From: a virus
Lineage: Duplodnaviria > Caudoviricetes
IMG/VR virus record: IMGVR_UViG_3300036860_000231
Coordinates: 1-50,870 of that record
Length of the DNA stretch: 50,870 nucleotides
Reading direction: 5' to 3' (one strand)
Shown: piece after piece, positions 34,245 through 43,224 of the stretch
Position numbering within the stretch: position 1 is the first letter of the stretch
How the letters are laid out: each line of letters starts with the position of its first letter
Position numbers and translations under genes: made by a program
The notes under the pieces: generated by a model
What the model was told of the DNA's origin: nothing
Database searches by the model: none
Seen by the model: only the letters and a program-made list of their open reading frames with translations

Positions 34245-35701
34245 CGGTCCCTCCCCAGGGCCTGGTTGATCTCGGCCTCAAGACGGTCGAGATCGCCCGA
34301 CGTGCGCAGGTTCTCGGTCTGATTGCGCGACCCGTCGAGCAGTTGCTGGGCATGGGCGAGGAGCACGTCGGTGCCACCTTCAGCGGCCGAACGTGGTTCG
34401 CCTTCGGGTGCGTCGCCACGCGGCCCTGGGTTGATGATCCCGAGCGCGTACTGCTCCGGGGTCACCATCAAGCCATCAGGTTTCGCAGTGCCCCCGGCCG
34501 GCGTGGTGCCGGTGGTGGCGGCTGCGGGGATGGTGGGCTGCCCGTCGGCAAGCCCGGCCACCTCATTGTCGGGATTGTACACACCAAGAAGCGCATGCAC
34601 AGCGGCTTTGGCGGCCGGCTCGTAGGTGAGCTCCAGCGCCTTCCGCAGCTCGGGGGCCCACACGTCATAGCCGAGGCTTGACTGGCTGGACATGCCCGCC
34701 AGCGACAGCAGACTGGGTGGGGGGTCCTCGCCGAGCTGGCTGCGATATAGGCCGACCAGCGCCCGGGCGGCCGCACGCTTCTTCTCCGGGCTGACCCCTT
34801 GCACTGCGCCGACCCCGTGCCCGCCGGCGGCGGCATGGACGCCGTTGCGGTTCAGCGTCCCTGACGGTTCCCGCACCGGCAGCTTGTAGCCGGCCTTGGT
34901 GTCGGTGGCGCCTTCCACGGCGATCAGGCAGGCGCGGCGCCACTGCTCCAGCGTGTAGTCCGCCTCGGTGAACTGCGACCATGGCGTGTCGGAAACCGCC
35001 TTGTGCTCACCCAGCGACTTCACTGACGCAAGCTGCGCCTGCGGATTGGCTGGCACCGGGGTGAGCGAGATCTCCAGCAACCGCGCCTCGCGGACCGCCC
35101 GGATCGCCTTGCCGTCCTTGACCTGTATCGACTGGTGGACCGGCAGCCACCCGACCGACACGCCGGACAGGTGCCCGTCCTTGGCGAGCTGTCGGGCCCG
35201 CTGGCCCTGCTCGTCATGGGTGAACCCAGCGCGGAACCATAGCCCCTGCGCGACCGACTTGAGCTGGGCGACCGACCCGATGATCCGGCTGATTGAGTCG
35301 CCATGCCAGTCCAGCAGCGGGACCTTCGCCTTCGACCGGGACCAGTCCTCCGCAGACTTGGAGAACGCGCCCGTCTCCAGCAGGTCGTCCTGCAAGTCGA
35401 CGTTGCCGTAGACGGCGGCCAGCCCGGTGATCTCACCACCGCCCTGGTCAGTGACGGCCTTCTGCTCGATCTGCGCGAACAGCCGCCGAAGTTCGTCCAT
35501 CTGCTCCACCTCACGGGTTGCTGCCTGCTGGCCGGCTGTCGGCTCGTTGGCATACAGGGCGCGCTGCTGCGCAAGAGCTCGTTCTCTGGTGGGATGGCAG
35601 CCCTCGATCGAGTGACGACCCTCAGCTTCAGCCCGCTGGTTGACGACTGCCCATTCACCAGCGCGGCATGCCGGATGGTTATGCTCGACGGTCCACGGCA
35701 T
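34241..35701 (-). CDS. HK97-type prohead protease with N- and C-terminal extra domains
   Basis: GLAAVYGNVD, LLDWH, SVGW, LLEISLTPVPANPQA. Confidence 0.9.
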   Translation of the reverse strand: MPWTVEHNHPACRAGEWAVVNQRAEAEGRHSIEGCHPTRERALAQQRALYANEPTAGQQAATREVEQMDELRRLFAQIEQKAVTDQGGGEITGLAAVYGNVDLQDDLLETGAFSKSAEDWSRSKAKVPLLDWHGDSISRIIGSVAQLKSVAQGLWFRAGFTHDEQGQRARQLAKDGHLSGVSVGWLPVHQSIQVKDGKAIRAVREARLLEISLTPVPANPQAQLASVKSLGEHKAVSDTPWSQFTEADYTLEQWRRACLIAVEGATDTKAGYKLPVREPSGTLNRNGVHAAAGGHGVGAVQGVSPEKKRAAARALVGLYRSQLGEDPPPSLLSLAGMSSQSSLGYDVWAPELRKALELTYEPAAKAAVHALLGVYNPDNEVAGLADGQPTIPAAATTGTTPAGGTAKPDGLMVTPEQYALGIINPGPRGDAPEGEPRSAAEGGTDVLLAHAQQLLDGSRNQTENLRTSGDLDRLEAEINQALGRDR

Positions 35702-37091
35702 GGCCGTTCCCATTCGTCGAGACAAGCTGCTTGCGTCGTTCCAGGAAGTTCACCGCGTAGCTGGCCGCCTCAAGCTGTGCCCGCTCCGACGGTGACTGCT
35801 GTGGCTGCTGGTCCTCGCCAAGACGGGAGAGCGTCACGCCTGCGGGGGTCAGGAACACGTCCCCACCGTCCACCGGATCCAGATCGACAGTGCGGCGGAA
35901 GTCGTTGATGGTGATCCCGCCGCGCGCGAGCGCGTTGGTGGCCCGCTCCCACCGGTCCGTCTCCGCCTCCCGCAACGCCGGCACCCCGGAGTTGTCCCAG
36001 TCCACCCGCACCCGGGAACGGCCCACCCCCGCGAACTGGGGCAGCAGCCGGGAGCGGACCGGCGCGGCGAAACGGCGCTGCAGGCCAAACAGGTCCTCTT
36101 GCCAGAACGACTCCCGCGCTTCCCGCATATTCGAGAAGGTCGAGCGATCCAACCCGCTTTTCGCGCCGACCAGCACCGCTGGAATCCCGATCGCCATGCA
36201 GATCCGCGTTTCTGAGATCGCCCGCAGGTCCGGGAACTCCAGTTGCTCCAATGTGAGACCGAGCGGGGTGACCTTCATCCCCTGCTGCAGGAACGCCGGC
36301 TCACCCTTCCGGTTCCCGCCGAACGCCTTACGCCACTTGGCCTTCAGCTTGCTGGTGACTTCCTCGTTGGTCGCCTCCGCCGTCTCAATCACCACGCCAG
36401 GCACCGCGTAGTTGCGGAGCAGCGTGTCGACGAAGTCGGTCGCTGCATTGTCCAGCGAGGTCGCCCGGGCGGCCGGCCGCAGCGGCGGCTGCCCGAAATA
36501 GGCATCCACCGGATTCGGGTACTTGATGTGAATCAGGTCACCGCGAGGGATCGGGATGATCTGCGCGTTCACCGTCCGCGGCTGCGACGATGGGTCAAGG
36601 ATGTACCCGTAGTCCCACACCCGCGGACTCGAGGTCGGGAAGATCCGGATCAGGTCCGGGCGCAGCGGCCACAGCTCCGCTGGCAGCCCGTCCCGGCCCC
36701 GCAGGATCAGCCAGTAGCAGTTCCCCGCAAGGTCCAGGTAGGTCACTGCCAACTCGAGGAAGCTGAACTCGTCGGTGACCGGGTTCGGCTGAGCGAGCAG
36801 CCTGCGCAGCCGATGGTCCTCCAGCGGCTCACCCTGCCCGGACGGGTACACCCGCATGATCGACTGCGGCAGGTTGCTCGCCCGCTTGAAAATGCACGCG
36901 TACACCAGCTCGTTACGGCTGTACCCACTCCGCGCCGACGACTCATATGACGAATCCGGGTACAGCGCCCCGTCCAGGTTCGGCCGGCCACCAGGCAACG
37001 CAGGGATCGTGATCACGTTCCCGCCGAAGTCGGTGTTGGTGGGGAAGCCCTGCTGCTTGGTCTCGACCCGCGGGCCGGTGATCCATCCCAC
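35679..37091 (-). CDS. Portal protein, HK97 family
   Basis: VYACI, LAGNCY, ELWPLRPD, GGITINDFR. Confidence 0.95.
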   Translation of the reverse strand: MGWITGPRVETKQQGFPTNTDFGGNVITIPALPGGRPNLDGALYPDSSYESSARSGYSRNELVYACIFKRASNLPQSIMRVYPSGQGEPLEDHRLRRLLAQPNPVTDEFSFLELAVTYLDLAGNCYWLILRGRDGLPAELWPLRPDLIRIFPTSSPRVWDYGYILDPSSQPRTVNAQIIPIPRGDLIHIKYPNPVDAYFGQPPLRPAARATSLDNAATDFVDTLLRNYAVPGVVIETAEATNEEVTSKLKAKWRKAFGGNRKGEPAFLQQGMKVTPLGLTLEQLEFPDLRAISETRICMAIGIPAVLVGAKSGLDRSTFSNMREARESFWQEDLFGLQRRFAAPVRSRLLPQFAGVGRSRVRVDWDNSGVPALREAETDRWERATNALARGGITINDFRRTVDLDPVDGGDVFLTPAGVTLSRLGEDQQPQQSPSERAQLEAASYAVNFLERRKQLVSTNGNGHAVDRRA

Positions 37092-37092
37092 G

Positions 37093-37428
37093 TCAGGCCG
37101 CCTTGTCGAGTGTGATCCCTAACCACAGCAGCAGCGCGCCTAGCACCAGCAGCGCCGCGCCCAGCCGGCCGGTCACAAGGCCCGCGCCGGTTGGCAGGAC
37201 CGCCACCCCGGCGATGACCGCGCTCGCGCCGGTCAGCTGCTGCGGCATCGCTCGGATCTTCGGCCATACCTCAAGTGCGCGACGGCGCGCTGTCTCCAGC
37301 CACTCGGAGCGGTCCCGGGGCCAGCCGATCTCGACCAGCACCCCAAGTACGAGCAGCGCCCAGCCGAGACTGGCAAGCGACCAGATCCCAGCGGTCGCCA
37401 AGGCAATCGCAGCGATTCTGCGAGGCAT
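37093..37428 (-). CDS. Membrane protein between TerL and portal
   Basis: Hydrophobic, internally repeated ALLVLG. Confidence 0.7.
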   Translation of the reverse strand: MPRRIAAIALATAGIWSLASLGWALLVLGVLVEIGWPRDRSEWLETARRRALEVWPKIRAMPQQLTGASAVIAGVAVLPTGAGLVTGRLGAALLVLGALLLWLGITLDKAA

Positions 37429-37442
37429 TACAAGCCTTTCGG

Positions 37443-38924
37443 CTAGAAAATGTCAGGAGGTGGGGCAGATTCGTCGGCCTGGTGGCCACGGGCCGTGTGG
37501 CCCCACAGCGCCTCGGTGACTGCCACCAGCGGCGAGATGTCCACCGTCACACCCTTCCGGGCCCACAACCACCCGTCACCAAGGTCGCGGCGTTGCGCCC
37601 CAGCCATCGCCGCATTCAGCTCCGGCTGGTCCAGATGCCGCAGCCACGCCGGCACATCCACCAGCGGGTTAGCGCCGGCGGCGTCATACAGCGCGCCGCA
37701 CCCGTGCGCGATATCCCGCACCGACGCCTTCAGGATCTCCAGCCCAGCCGCCTCCGCCTCCGGGAGCAGCGACCCGGCCGGCCCAGACGGGGCGATCACG
37801 ATCGTGCAGGGGGACCAGCGGTCGCGGCGGTCGACCCGCTCTTTCAGCCACGGCACCACCCAGCTTGTGCCGCGGCGATGCTCGACCAGTTCGACATGCG
37901 ACAGCCCATCAGCCCGGCAACCAGCCGCACCGATCGACGCCCACGTCCTGTCCGGGGTCACATCGACCGCCATCGCGGGCCGGTCCACGATCTGCGACCC
38001 GGAATCCGCCAGGGACTGCCATGGCTCCCGGCCGATAACCAGCCAGTCGGCGGGGGTCTCATCCAGCCACTGGTTCAGATAGGCGCGGCGAAACTCCTCC
38101 AGCGGCATCGACTGGAACTCCGACCGGACCGCATCCTCCGTCACCGTCCACCCAAGCGCCGGCATGCACGCCCACCACGTCGCCGGATCCGCCGGATCAG
38201 CATCGTTCGGCGCGGACCATTCGAAATAGGCCACCCCGCTGGTCAACCCAGCCTCCGCCGCCAGCCGGCCCGCCTCGACTTTGCTCCACAGGTACGGCGA
38301 CTTCGCCTTGCTCTTCCCTGCGGTCGACACCACGTCCAACTGCGGCTCCGGGCGGGTGATCATCGCCGGCGCCATACCCTGCTCAACCCGAGCGTCCTCC
38401 TGCGCGAACGCCTCGTCGATCACGCCCTCATCCAGGACATCGCCATGGCCGGACTCCTCCGTCGGCGCGTCCAGGCCATGCAGCGACCCGTTCCGCCAAC
38501 GGATCGCCTCCTGCCCGATCTGCCGGCGGACCGTGAACAGCGACGCGAACGGCGAGCCGTTCAAGATCGGGAGATGCTCATCCTCCCACTTCTTCCGCGC
38601 CTTCAGGCGGGTCTGCGCGGTATAGACGATCACCTGCCGCCGCCCGAACGCCTGCGCCCGGTGCACCATCTTCGCCAGCAGCAGCGTCGTCTTCCCCGAC
38701 TGCCGAGGAACCGTCAGCACCAACCGGCGATAGACCAGCAGCCCAGTGTCAGGGTCCTGTTCCAGCGCGACGTCGGCGACGTGCCGCTGCCACGGCATCA
38801 GCGGCGTCCCCAACGCCGCCGCGAACCGCGCGAGCTCCCCGCCCCTTGTCGGCCGATCCGTCCTCGGAGTCGTCCACCGAGGTGAGCAGCGAAGCGACGA
38901 AGGAAGATCCAGAATCGCTGTCAC
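37443..38924 (-). CDS. terL: Terminase large subunit
   Basis: LMPWQ, VPRQSGKT (Walker A), IDEA (Walker B), STAG, AVDVTPDR. Confidence 0.95.
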   Translation of the reverse strand: MTAILDLPSSLRCSPRWTTPRTDRPTRGGELARFAAALGTPLMPWQRHVADVALEQDPDTGLLVYRRLVLTVPRQSGKTTLLLAKMVHRAQAFGRRQVIVYTAQTRLKARKKWEDEHLPILNGSPFASLFTVRRQIGQEAIRWRNGSLHGLDAPTEESGHGDVLDEGVIDEAFAQEDARVEQGMAPAMITRPEPQLDVVSTAGKSKAKSPYLWSKVEAGRLAAEAGLTSGVAYFEWSAPNDADPADPATWWACMPALGWTVTEDAVRSEFQSMPLEEFRRAYLNQWLDETPADWLVIGREPWQSLADSGSQIVDRPAMAVDVTPDRTWASIGAAGCRADGLSHVELVEHRRGTSWVVPWLKERVDRRDRWSPCTIVIAPSGPAGSLLPEAEAAGLEILKASVRDIAHGCGALYDAAGANPLVDVPAWLRHLDQPELNAAMAGAQRRDLGDGWLWARKGVTVDISPLVAVTEALWGHTARGHQADESAPPPDIF

Positions 38925-39120
38925 CACGCCGCTCCAAGGTCTCCAAAGTCGACCGCAACTCCCGCGCAACCGCTGCCGTGGCCAGCCCGGCGCCTTCGTC
39001 GAGGGTTCGAGCCAGCGTATATGCCGTCTCTGCGAGCGACCGCTGCACCCCGCTCAGGTCACCTAGCGCCTTCACATCCCGACGAGTCGCCCGCTCGATC
39101 GAGCCACGCTTGACAGTCAT
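38749..39120 (-). CDS. terS: Terminase small subunit
   Basis: LARTLDE...AVARELRSTL; directly upstream of and overlapping terL. Confidence 0.75.
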   Translation of the reverse strand: MTVKRGSIERATRRDVKALGDLSGVQRSLAETAYTLARTLDEGAGLATAAVARELRSTLETLERRGDSDSGSSFVASLLTSVDDSEDGSADKGRGARAVRGGVGDAADAVAAARRRRRAGTGP

Positions 39121-39383
39121 CCAACCAACCGGAGTTGCTCATAGCCCCCGCGGTTGTTGCGCTGCGTATTACAACGGCGGTGGGCAAGACGAACGTTCGC
39201 CCGAGTGTCATCGCCGCCAAGGCTCAACGGCACGATGTGATCGCAGGTCGCTGCCTTGGGATGCTGATATGGAAGATCCATGTTCACCTTCCGGTGACAC
39301 AAGCCACAGGCTTGTGCACACCTATGGATTATATGTCCGACCTGCGACAGCCCCCCGGGTGGCGTACCCACTATGCTGCCCAC
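39117..39383 (-). pseudogene. HNH endonuclease, probably N-terminally deleted
   Basis: CGLC, DHIVPLSLGGDDTRANVRLAHRRCN; TATAAT box lies inside the nominal ORF just before the HNH core. Confidence 0.65.
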
Positions 39384-39434
39384 TGGCGCGGAGGCGACGG
39401 AGCCGACGGCCGAGAGATCCGAGATGGCCCCCCT

Positions 39435-39827
39435 CTACTGCCAGCCGGACCGGACGGTCACGCTCGCTGGCCGGACCACCACAACCACATTTGGGCGACT
39501 CGCGAGGACCCCAACCACCGCGTCGAGGTGTTTGGTCATCATCTCAATCGCGTCAGGATGCAAACAGTCAAGCCACACGTGTTGGCCAAGCGTATTGCGG
39601 ATCCGTTTATCGGCGAAGACTCCATCATGGCTGATCAGCGCCGCGTTCCGCGCATGGGCATAGACGGCGATGTCGTCATCGCTGGCCTTGTCGAGCCGCG
39701 CTTCGTGCGCGGTCCAGGCGGTATGCCGCTCACGGCGCAGCAGCCTAGCGACGCCAGCGTCCACGTCGTTGTCGAGGAAGAAGCGCAGCCTAGGCCGCGT
39801 CGATCGTGGCGCGGGCGCGGGCGACAT
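39435..39827 (-). CDS. DUF5615/VapC45-like PIN toxin
   Basis: RFFLDNDV, ASDDDI, LISHD. Confidence 0.8.
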   Translation of the reverse strand: MSPAPAPRSTRPRLRFFLDNDVDAGVARLLRRERHTAWTAHEARLDKASDDDIAVYAHARNAALISHDGVFADKRIRNTLGQHVWLDCLHPDAIEMMTKHLDAVVGVLASRPNVVVVVRPASVTVRSGWQ

Positions 39828-40431
39828 CGGCGGCGGTGAGCGACGGAAACGCCTTGAGGATCCGCTCGGTCGTGTAGCCCCGCGCGAGATAGTCGACGAC
39901 CGCTTGAACAGGGATCCGAGTGCCCTCGAAGACCGGCTTGCGGCCGTGGACCTTGCGGCGCCGGACGATCCGTCCCGCGGCGGCCTCCTCGCGGCGGCCA
40001 GCCCGGTCGTGGATCTCGGTGGCGATCGCGGTGAGCGGCAGCACCTTGACGATCACGAGTTGGCCCGGCTTGCGGCCGCCCTCCCATGACCCATCGGGGT
40101 GCTGGAAGTAGACCTCACTCGCATACGTCGCATAACGCAGATCACGGAGCGGCGCGGCGTAGCCTTGGGCGTGGAGGCGGGCAACGATCTTGCGAATCTC
40201 CTGCAAGCTGATGTGCTCATTGCGAAGCATCGCCACCGCCATCAGCTCGACCAGATCACCGAAGCCATACAGGCGGACGGTGCTGCGGGAGTTGAGCTGA
40301 CGCTTGATCGACGGGATGACGAGCCCGATGTCATCCCAGTACCGCACGCGGCGGACAGTGACCCGTACCAGACGTGCGGCGGATTCGATCGGGAGGGCGA
40401 GCAACTCATCGGGCAGGTCGTCGATCGGCAT
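39790..40431 (-). CDS. MerR-HTH + DUF433 antitoxin
   Basis: VRYWDDIGLVIPS...RLYGFGDL; GRKPVFEGTRIPV...ILKAFPSLTAADV. Confidence 0.85.
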   Translation of the reverse strand: MPIDDLPDELLALPIESAARLVRVTVRRVRYWDDIGLVIPSIKRQLNSRSTVRLYGFGDLVELMAVAMLRNEHISLQEIRKIVARLHAQGYAAPLRDLRYATYASEVYFQHPDGSWEGGRKPGQLVIVKVLPLTAIATEIHDRAGRREEAAAGRIVRRRKVHGRKPVFEGTRIPVQAVVDYLARGYTTERILKAFPSLTAADVARARATIDAA

Positions 40432-40546
40432 GGCGGCGATCACCCCCTTGCGGGCCAGCCTCATCTAACCACGCGACCCCGTCAATCTCTACACGACGTG
40501 GGGGCGAGGGGTGAGGTTGAACCGGAGATCGTGACCGCCCCCGGGT

Positions 40547-40861
40547 CTACCACGCTCGTGACCTGCGGGTTTGCTCGGGCATGGTGAGCCTGTTCGACCG
40601 CTGCTGGTTGCATCGGCGTGGCTGCCCGTTGCGCCGCTTGTCGGCCGAAGGGTTGGGTGGGCATTGCGGGCAGCCGTTGACACCGTGGGCTGGGCGCCAG
40701 TTGCTCGGGTCGCCTGCCAGTTCGGGGGCGACGGAGGCGGGGATGACATGGTCGAGGCTGTCACTGCCGGGGTGGCCACACAGCCAGCAGATCGGGCCGG
40801 TCGCCTGGACCTCAGCGAGCGCCTTGCGGTAGGCGCGGGAGTCGTAGGTCCACTGGCTCAC
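40547..40861 (-). CDS. Packaging-associated HNH endonuclease (HK97 gp74-like)
   Basis: CWLCG, DHVIP, NWRPAH...CN; upstream of terS. Confidence 0.85.
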   Translation of the reverse strand: MSQWTYDSRAYRKALAEVQATGPICWLCGHPGSDSLDHVIPASVAPELAGDPSNWRPAHGVNGCPQCPPNPSADKRRNGQPRRCNQQRSNRLTMPEQTRRSRAW

Positions 40862-41112
40862 CGGGGAAGGTGTGCTGCCAGCCAGTCGCGGAGCCGCAGG
40901 ACGCCAAGCTCACGGGCGACTGTCTGCCCCAGATTGCGGAGTGCCGCATCGAACTCAGCCCACTGACGGATTGGCTCCTGCCGCTTGACGATCCAGCCTC
41001 GGCGCAGGGCGATGGTCTTGCCGAGCCAGATGAAGGCGCAAAATCCGAGAGAGCCAGCGGTAAACAGGCCGAGGCCGACCAGGATCTGCGGGATGGTGGG
41101 TTCATTACTCAT
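40858..41112 (-). CDS. Small membrane protein
   Basis: One TM; coupled to HNH. Confidence 0.65.
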   Translation of the reverse strand: MSNEPTIPQILVGLGLFTAGSLGFCAFIWLGKTIALRRGWIVKRQEPIRQWAEFDAALRNLGQTVARELGVLRLRDWLAAHLPR

Positions 41113-41213
41113 GTGGACACTCCACTACCTGGGGATTTCAGCACACGACGAACGGTTCGCGCAACCATCCACCTGCACATGTCCCGATTGTCTAGTCGTA
41201 CCGGGTCGGACAT

Positions 41214-41717
41214 TCATGGCATCGCCCGGTTGGATTCCCACTGTTCCCGTTCGACCTCCAGGTTCGCCTCGTCCGCAGTCGCGAAGCTGTCGAGCTCCTT
41301 GCGGAGTCGGGTGGTAGCGTCACGAATCCGTTTGGCTTCGCGGCGGCTGCGGCCCCGGAGGATGACGGCGGCACGGTCAGCGATGTCGGGGTCCGACCAG
41401 GTGCCGTCGGCGCGCTGGGTTTGGGCGAGCCGCTCCGCGGTCGGGTCGCCGCCACGCTGCCGGGTGCGGATCTCGTCCTGCCCGTTGCCACGGGCGGCGC
41501 CGTCCATGGCCTGGTGGGTCCACCACCACAAGGTGGCGAGTTGAGTGGCATAGGCGTGGAGCAGGCCGAGCGCCTCGGGGTCGACGGCCTCTAGGGTGTC
41601 GAGCCATGCGGGGGTGACGTGCTCGGCGAGGCGATGGATCGGGTCGCCGCAGCGGGCGCACAGCCGACTGTCTCGACCTTGGTCGTGGGGTCCGCGGTAG
41701 CCGGGCGGCTGTGTCAA
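41214..41717 (-). CDS. Hypothetical protein with CxxC (last early gene; possible late regulator)
   Basis: TTG overlaps upstream stop; GDPT motif. Confidence 0.55.
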   Translation of the reverse strand: MTQPPGYRGPHDQGRDSRLCARCGDPIHRLAEHVTPAWLDTLEAVDPEALGLLHAYATQLATLWWWTHQAMDGAARGNGQDEIRTRQRGGDPTAERLAQTQRADGTWSDPDIADRAAVILRGRSRREAKRIRDATTRLRKELDSFATADEANLEVEREQWESNRAMP

Positions 41718-41953
41718 CTGCGCCTCGCCTTGGCTGGCTTGGATGCGCCGCACCAGTCGCAGTGTTGATGGCGTCGCACGTAGACCGGGTCGTCGTGGTC
41801 GACCACGCCTTGCTCTCGCCAATCGTGCAGTCCGAGCCGATGCTTGACGATCCGGATCGTCCAGTAGAGCCGGTACCAGATGCGATAGGGGATCGTGAGT
41901 CCTTCGCTGTCGCCGCCGGGGGCTTTCCAGCCGAACACGGTGGGTTGGTTCAT
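41714..41953 (-). CDS. Small Zn-binding hypothetical protein
   Basis: GLHDW...CDWCG. Confidence 0.65.
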   Translation of the reverse strand: MNQPTVFGWKAPGGDSEGLTIPYRIWYRLYWTIRIVKHRLGLHDWREQGVVDHDDPVYVRRHQHCDWCGASKPAKARRS

Positions 41954-42150
41954 GGGGTCTCCTGCGGGTCGGGGTCGGCCGGTGCTCCAAAGACACATGG
42001 TGTGCCGTTCGAATGGATCGGCCGACTGTGGTCATACCACCACGGCAACCCATGGAACGCCTCCGTGCAATGCACGCAACACAGGTCGCCTGGTGGTTCA
42101 CAGTGCACGCCGTGCAGGTCACAGCAGGTCGTGCGGACGGGCGCGCTCAT
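41950..42150 (-). CDS. Cys/His-rich microprotein
   Basis: CCDLH..HCEPP..LCC.HC; RBS AAGGAG. Confidence 0.65.
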   Translation of the reverse strand: MSAPVRTTCCDLHGVHCEPPGDLCCVHCTEAFHGLPWWYDHSRPIHSNGTPCVFGAPADPDPQETP

Positions 42151-42243
42151 GGCTGCTCCTTGGCGTTGCCAGCGCATGACCCGCACTGGTCACCTCGCCA
42201 GATGGGCCGCTGGCAGGTGGTGTAGGGGCGGCTTGAGGGAAGG

Positions 42244-42438
42244 TCAGCCATCGGCATCGCCGAGTCGGCAGTTAGGGTGGCAAGGCCAGCCCAGCGGATG
42301 CGGATGCACAACCTCCGAGACGCCGAAGTATTCGGCCGCTGACACCAAGACCGGCTCGCCGTTCGCGTTGCGAAGCGGTTCATAGATCTCGGGGGTCCAC
42401 AGCGGGTCGATCACAACTGGGGGGTCAGGGTCGGGCAT
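42244..42438 (-). CDS. Hypothetical protein
   Basis: RBS AAGGAG. Confidence 0.6.
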   Translation of the reverse strand: MPDPDPPVVIDPLWTPEIYEPLRNANGEPVLVSAAEYFGVSEVVHPHPLGWPCHPNCRLGDADG

Positions 42439-42453
42439 GGGGTGCTCCTTGGG

Positions 42454-42690
42454 TCAGCGCTCGGTGCCAGCCATTGCTGGTGTCGCCGGACCCGGCCAGC
42501 CTTCCTGCTCGGCCAGCCACCCGCGGGCAAGCCGCCACGGACAGTCCGTGGCGTGGATGTACTCGCGCAGATCGCGGACCGGGTCCCAGCGGCCTTCGCA
42601 GAGCGTGCAGTGCCCCTGGTCGTCCATCGGCTCGGCCGCTCTGGCGAGCAGCAGGACGATCTCGGCGGCGGTCGTATACGGGTCGGGCAT
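42454..42690 (-). CDS. Zn-binding hypothetical protein
   Basis: CTLC...HATDCPW. Confidence 0.65.
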   Translation of the reverse strand: MPDPYTTAAEIVLLLARAAEPMDDQGHCTLCEGRWDPVRDLREYIHATDCPWRLARGWLAEQEGWPGPATPAMAGTER

Positions 42691-42709
42691 GGGTGCTCCT
42701 TGGGGTCGG

Positions 42710-42982
42710 TCAAGGGCGTGGCAACGGGCGGTAACGGCCGTGGTGATGCACCTGATCCCACCATTTGGCCAGAACCAGACGGGTGGTCGCGCCTAGGCGA
42801 GTTCGGCTCGACCCTGCCGCCACCTCCCGACACACCCTGTGTCGCACATCCTCGGGTGTGGCGTGGTAGAGCGACCATCGGTAGGGCCCGACGCCGGCGA
42901 CTTCCGCGTCGTAGCCGGGATGGTAGTCAAGCGGCTTGGCGCCACTCCAAGTGCCGTCGGGGTTCTGCTGCATGGCGGGCAT
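42710..42982 (-). CDS. Hypothetical protein
   Basis: RBS AAGGAG; NPDGTWS motif. Confidence 0.6.
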   Translation of the reverse strand: MPAMQQNPDGTWSGAKPLDYHPGYDAEVAGVGPYRWSLYHATPEDVRHRVCREVAAGSSRTRLGATTRLVLAKWWDQVHHHGRYRPLPRP

Positions 42983-43017
42983 GGGTGCTCCTTGATCGGG
43001 GGGACGGCCGGGCGGGG

Positions 43018-43224
43018 TCACGGGGTGGCGTCGGCCGGCTCCACGTTGTCCCGGACGAACTCGGCGTCGGCGGGGCTGAGGTGGATGGCGGTGCCGAACC
43101 GGTCGGTGATGATGATGATCTGGTCGGGTCGGGTGTGGATGGTGATGTTGCCGTTGGTCGCGTACACGGGATGCTCCTCAGGGTCGGGGGGACCGGGGCC
43201 GGGTGGTAGGTGGTTCACGGCCAC
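43018..43224 (-). CDS. Hypothetical protein
   Basis: ORF track; start may be GTG near 43167. Confidence 0.5.
   Translation of the reverse strand: MAVNHLPPGPGPPDPEEHPVYATNGNITIHTRPDQIIIITDRFGTAIHLSPADAEFVRDNVEPADATP

Larger units (their letters stand above)
42428..42994 (-). repeat. Start-associated repeat CAAGGAGCACCC(C)ATGCCCG, 3 copies
   Basis: 42428-42453, 42680-42704, 42976-42994. Confidence 0.8.

Noticed and set aside
40470-40546. cos site
   Set aside because: Expected near here from gene order but no defensible sequence could be identified
41720-41742. Second GGC-NN-like run (GCCTCGCCTTGGCTGGCTTGG)
   Set aside because: Too short and explained by coding sequence SKPAKARRS
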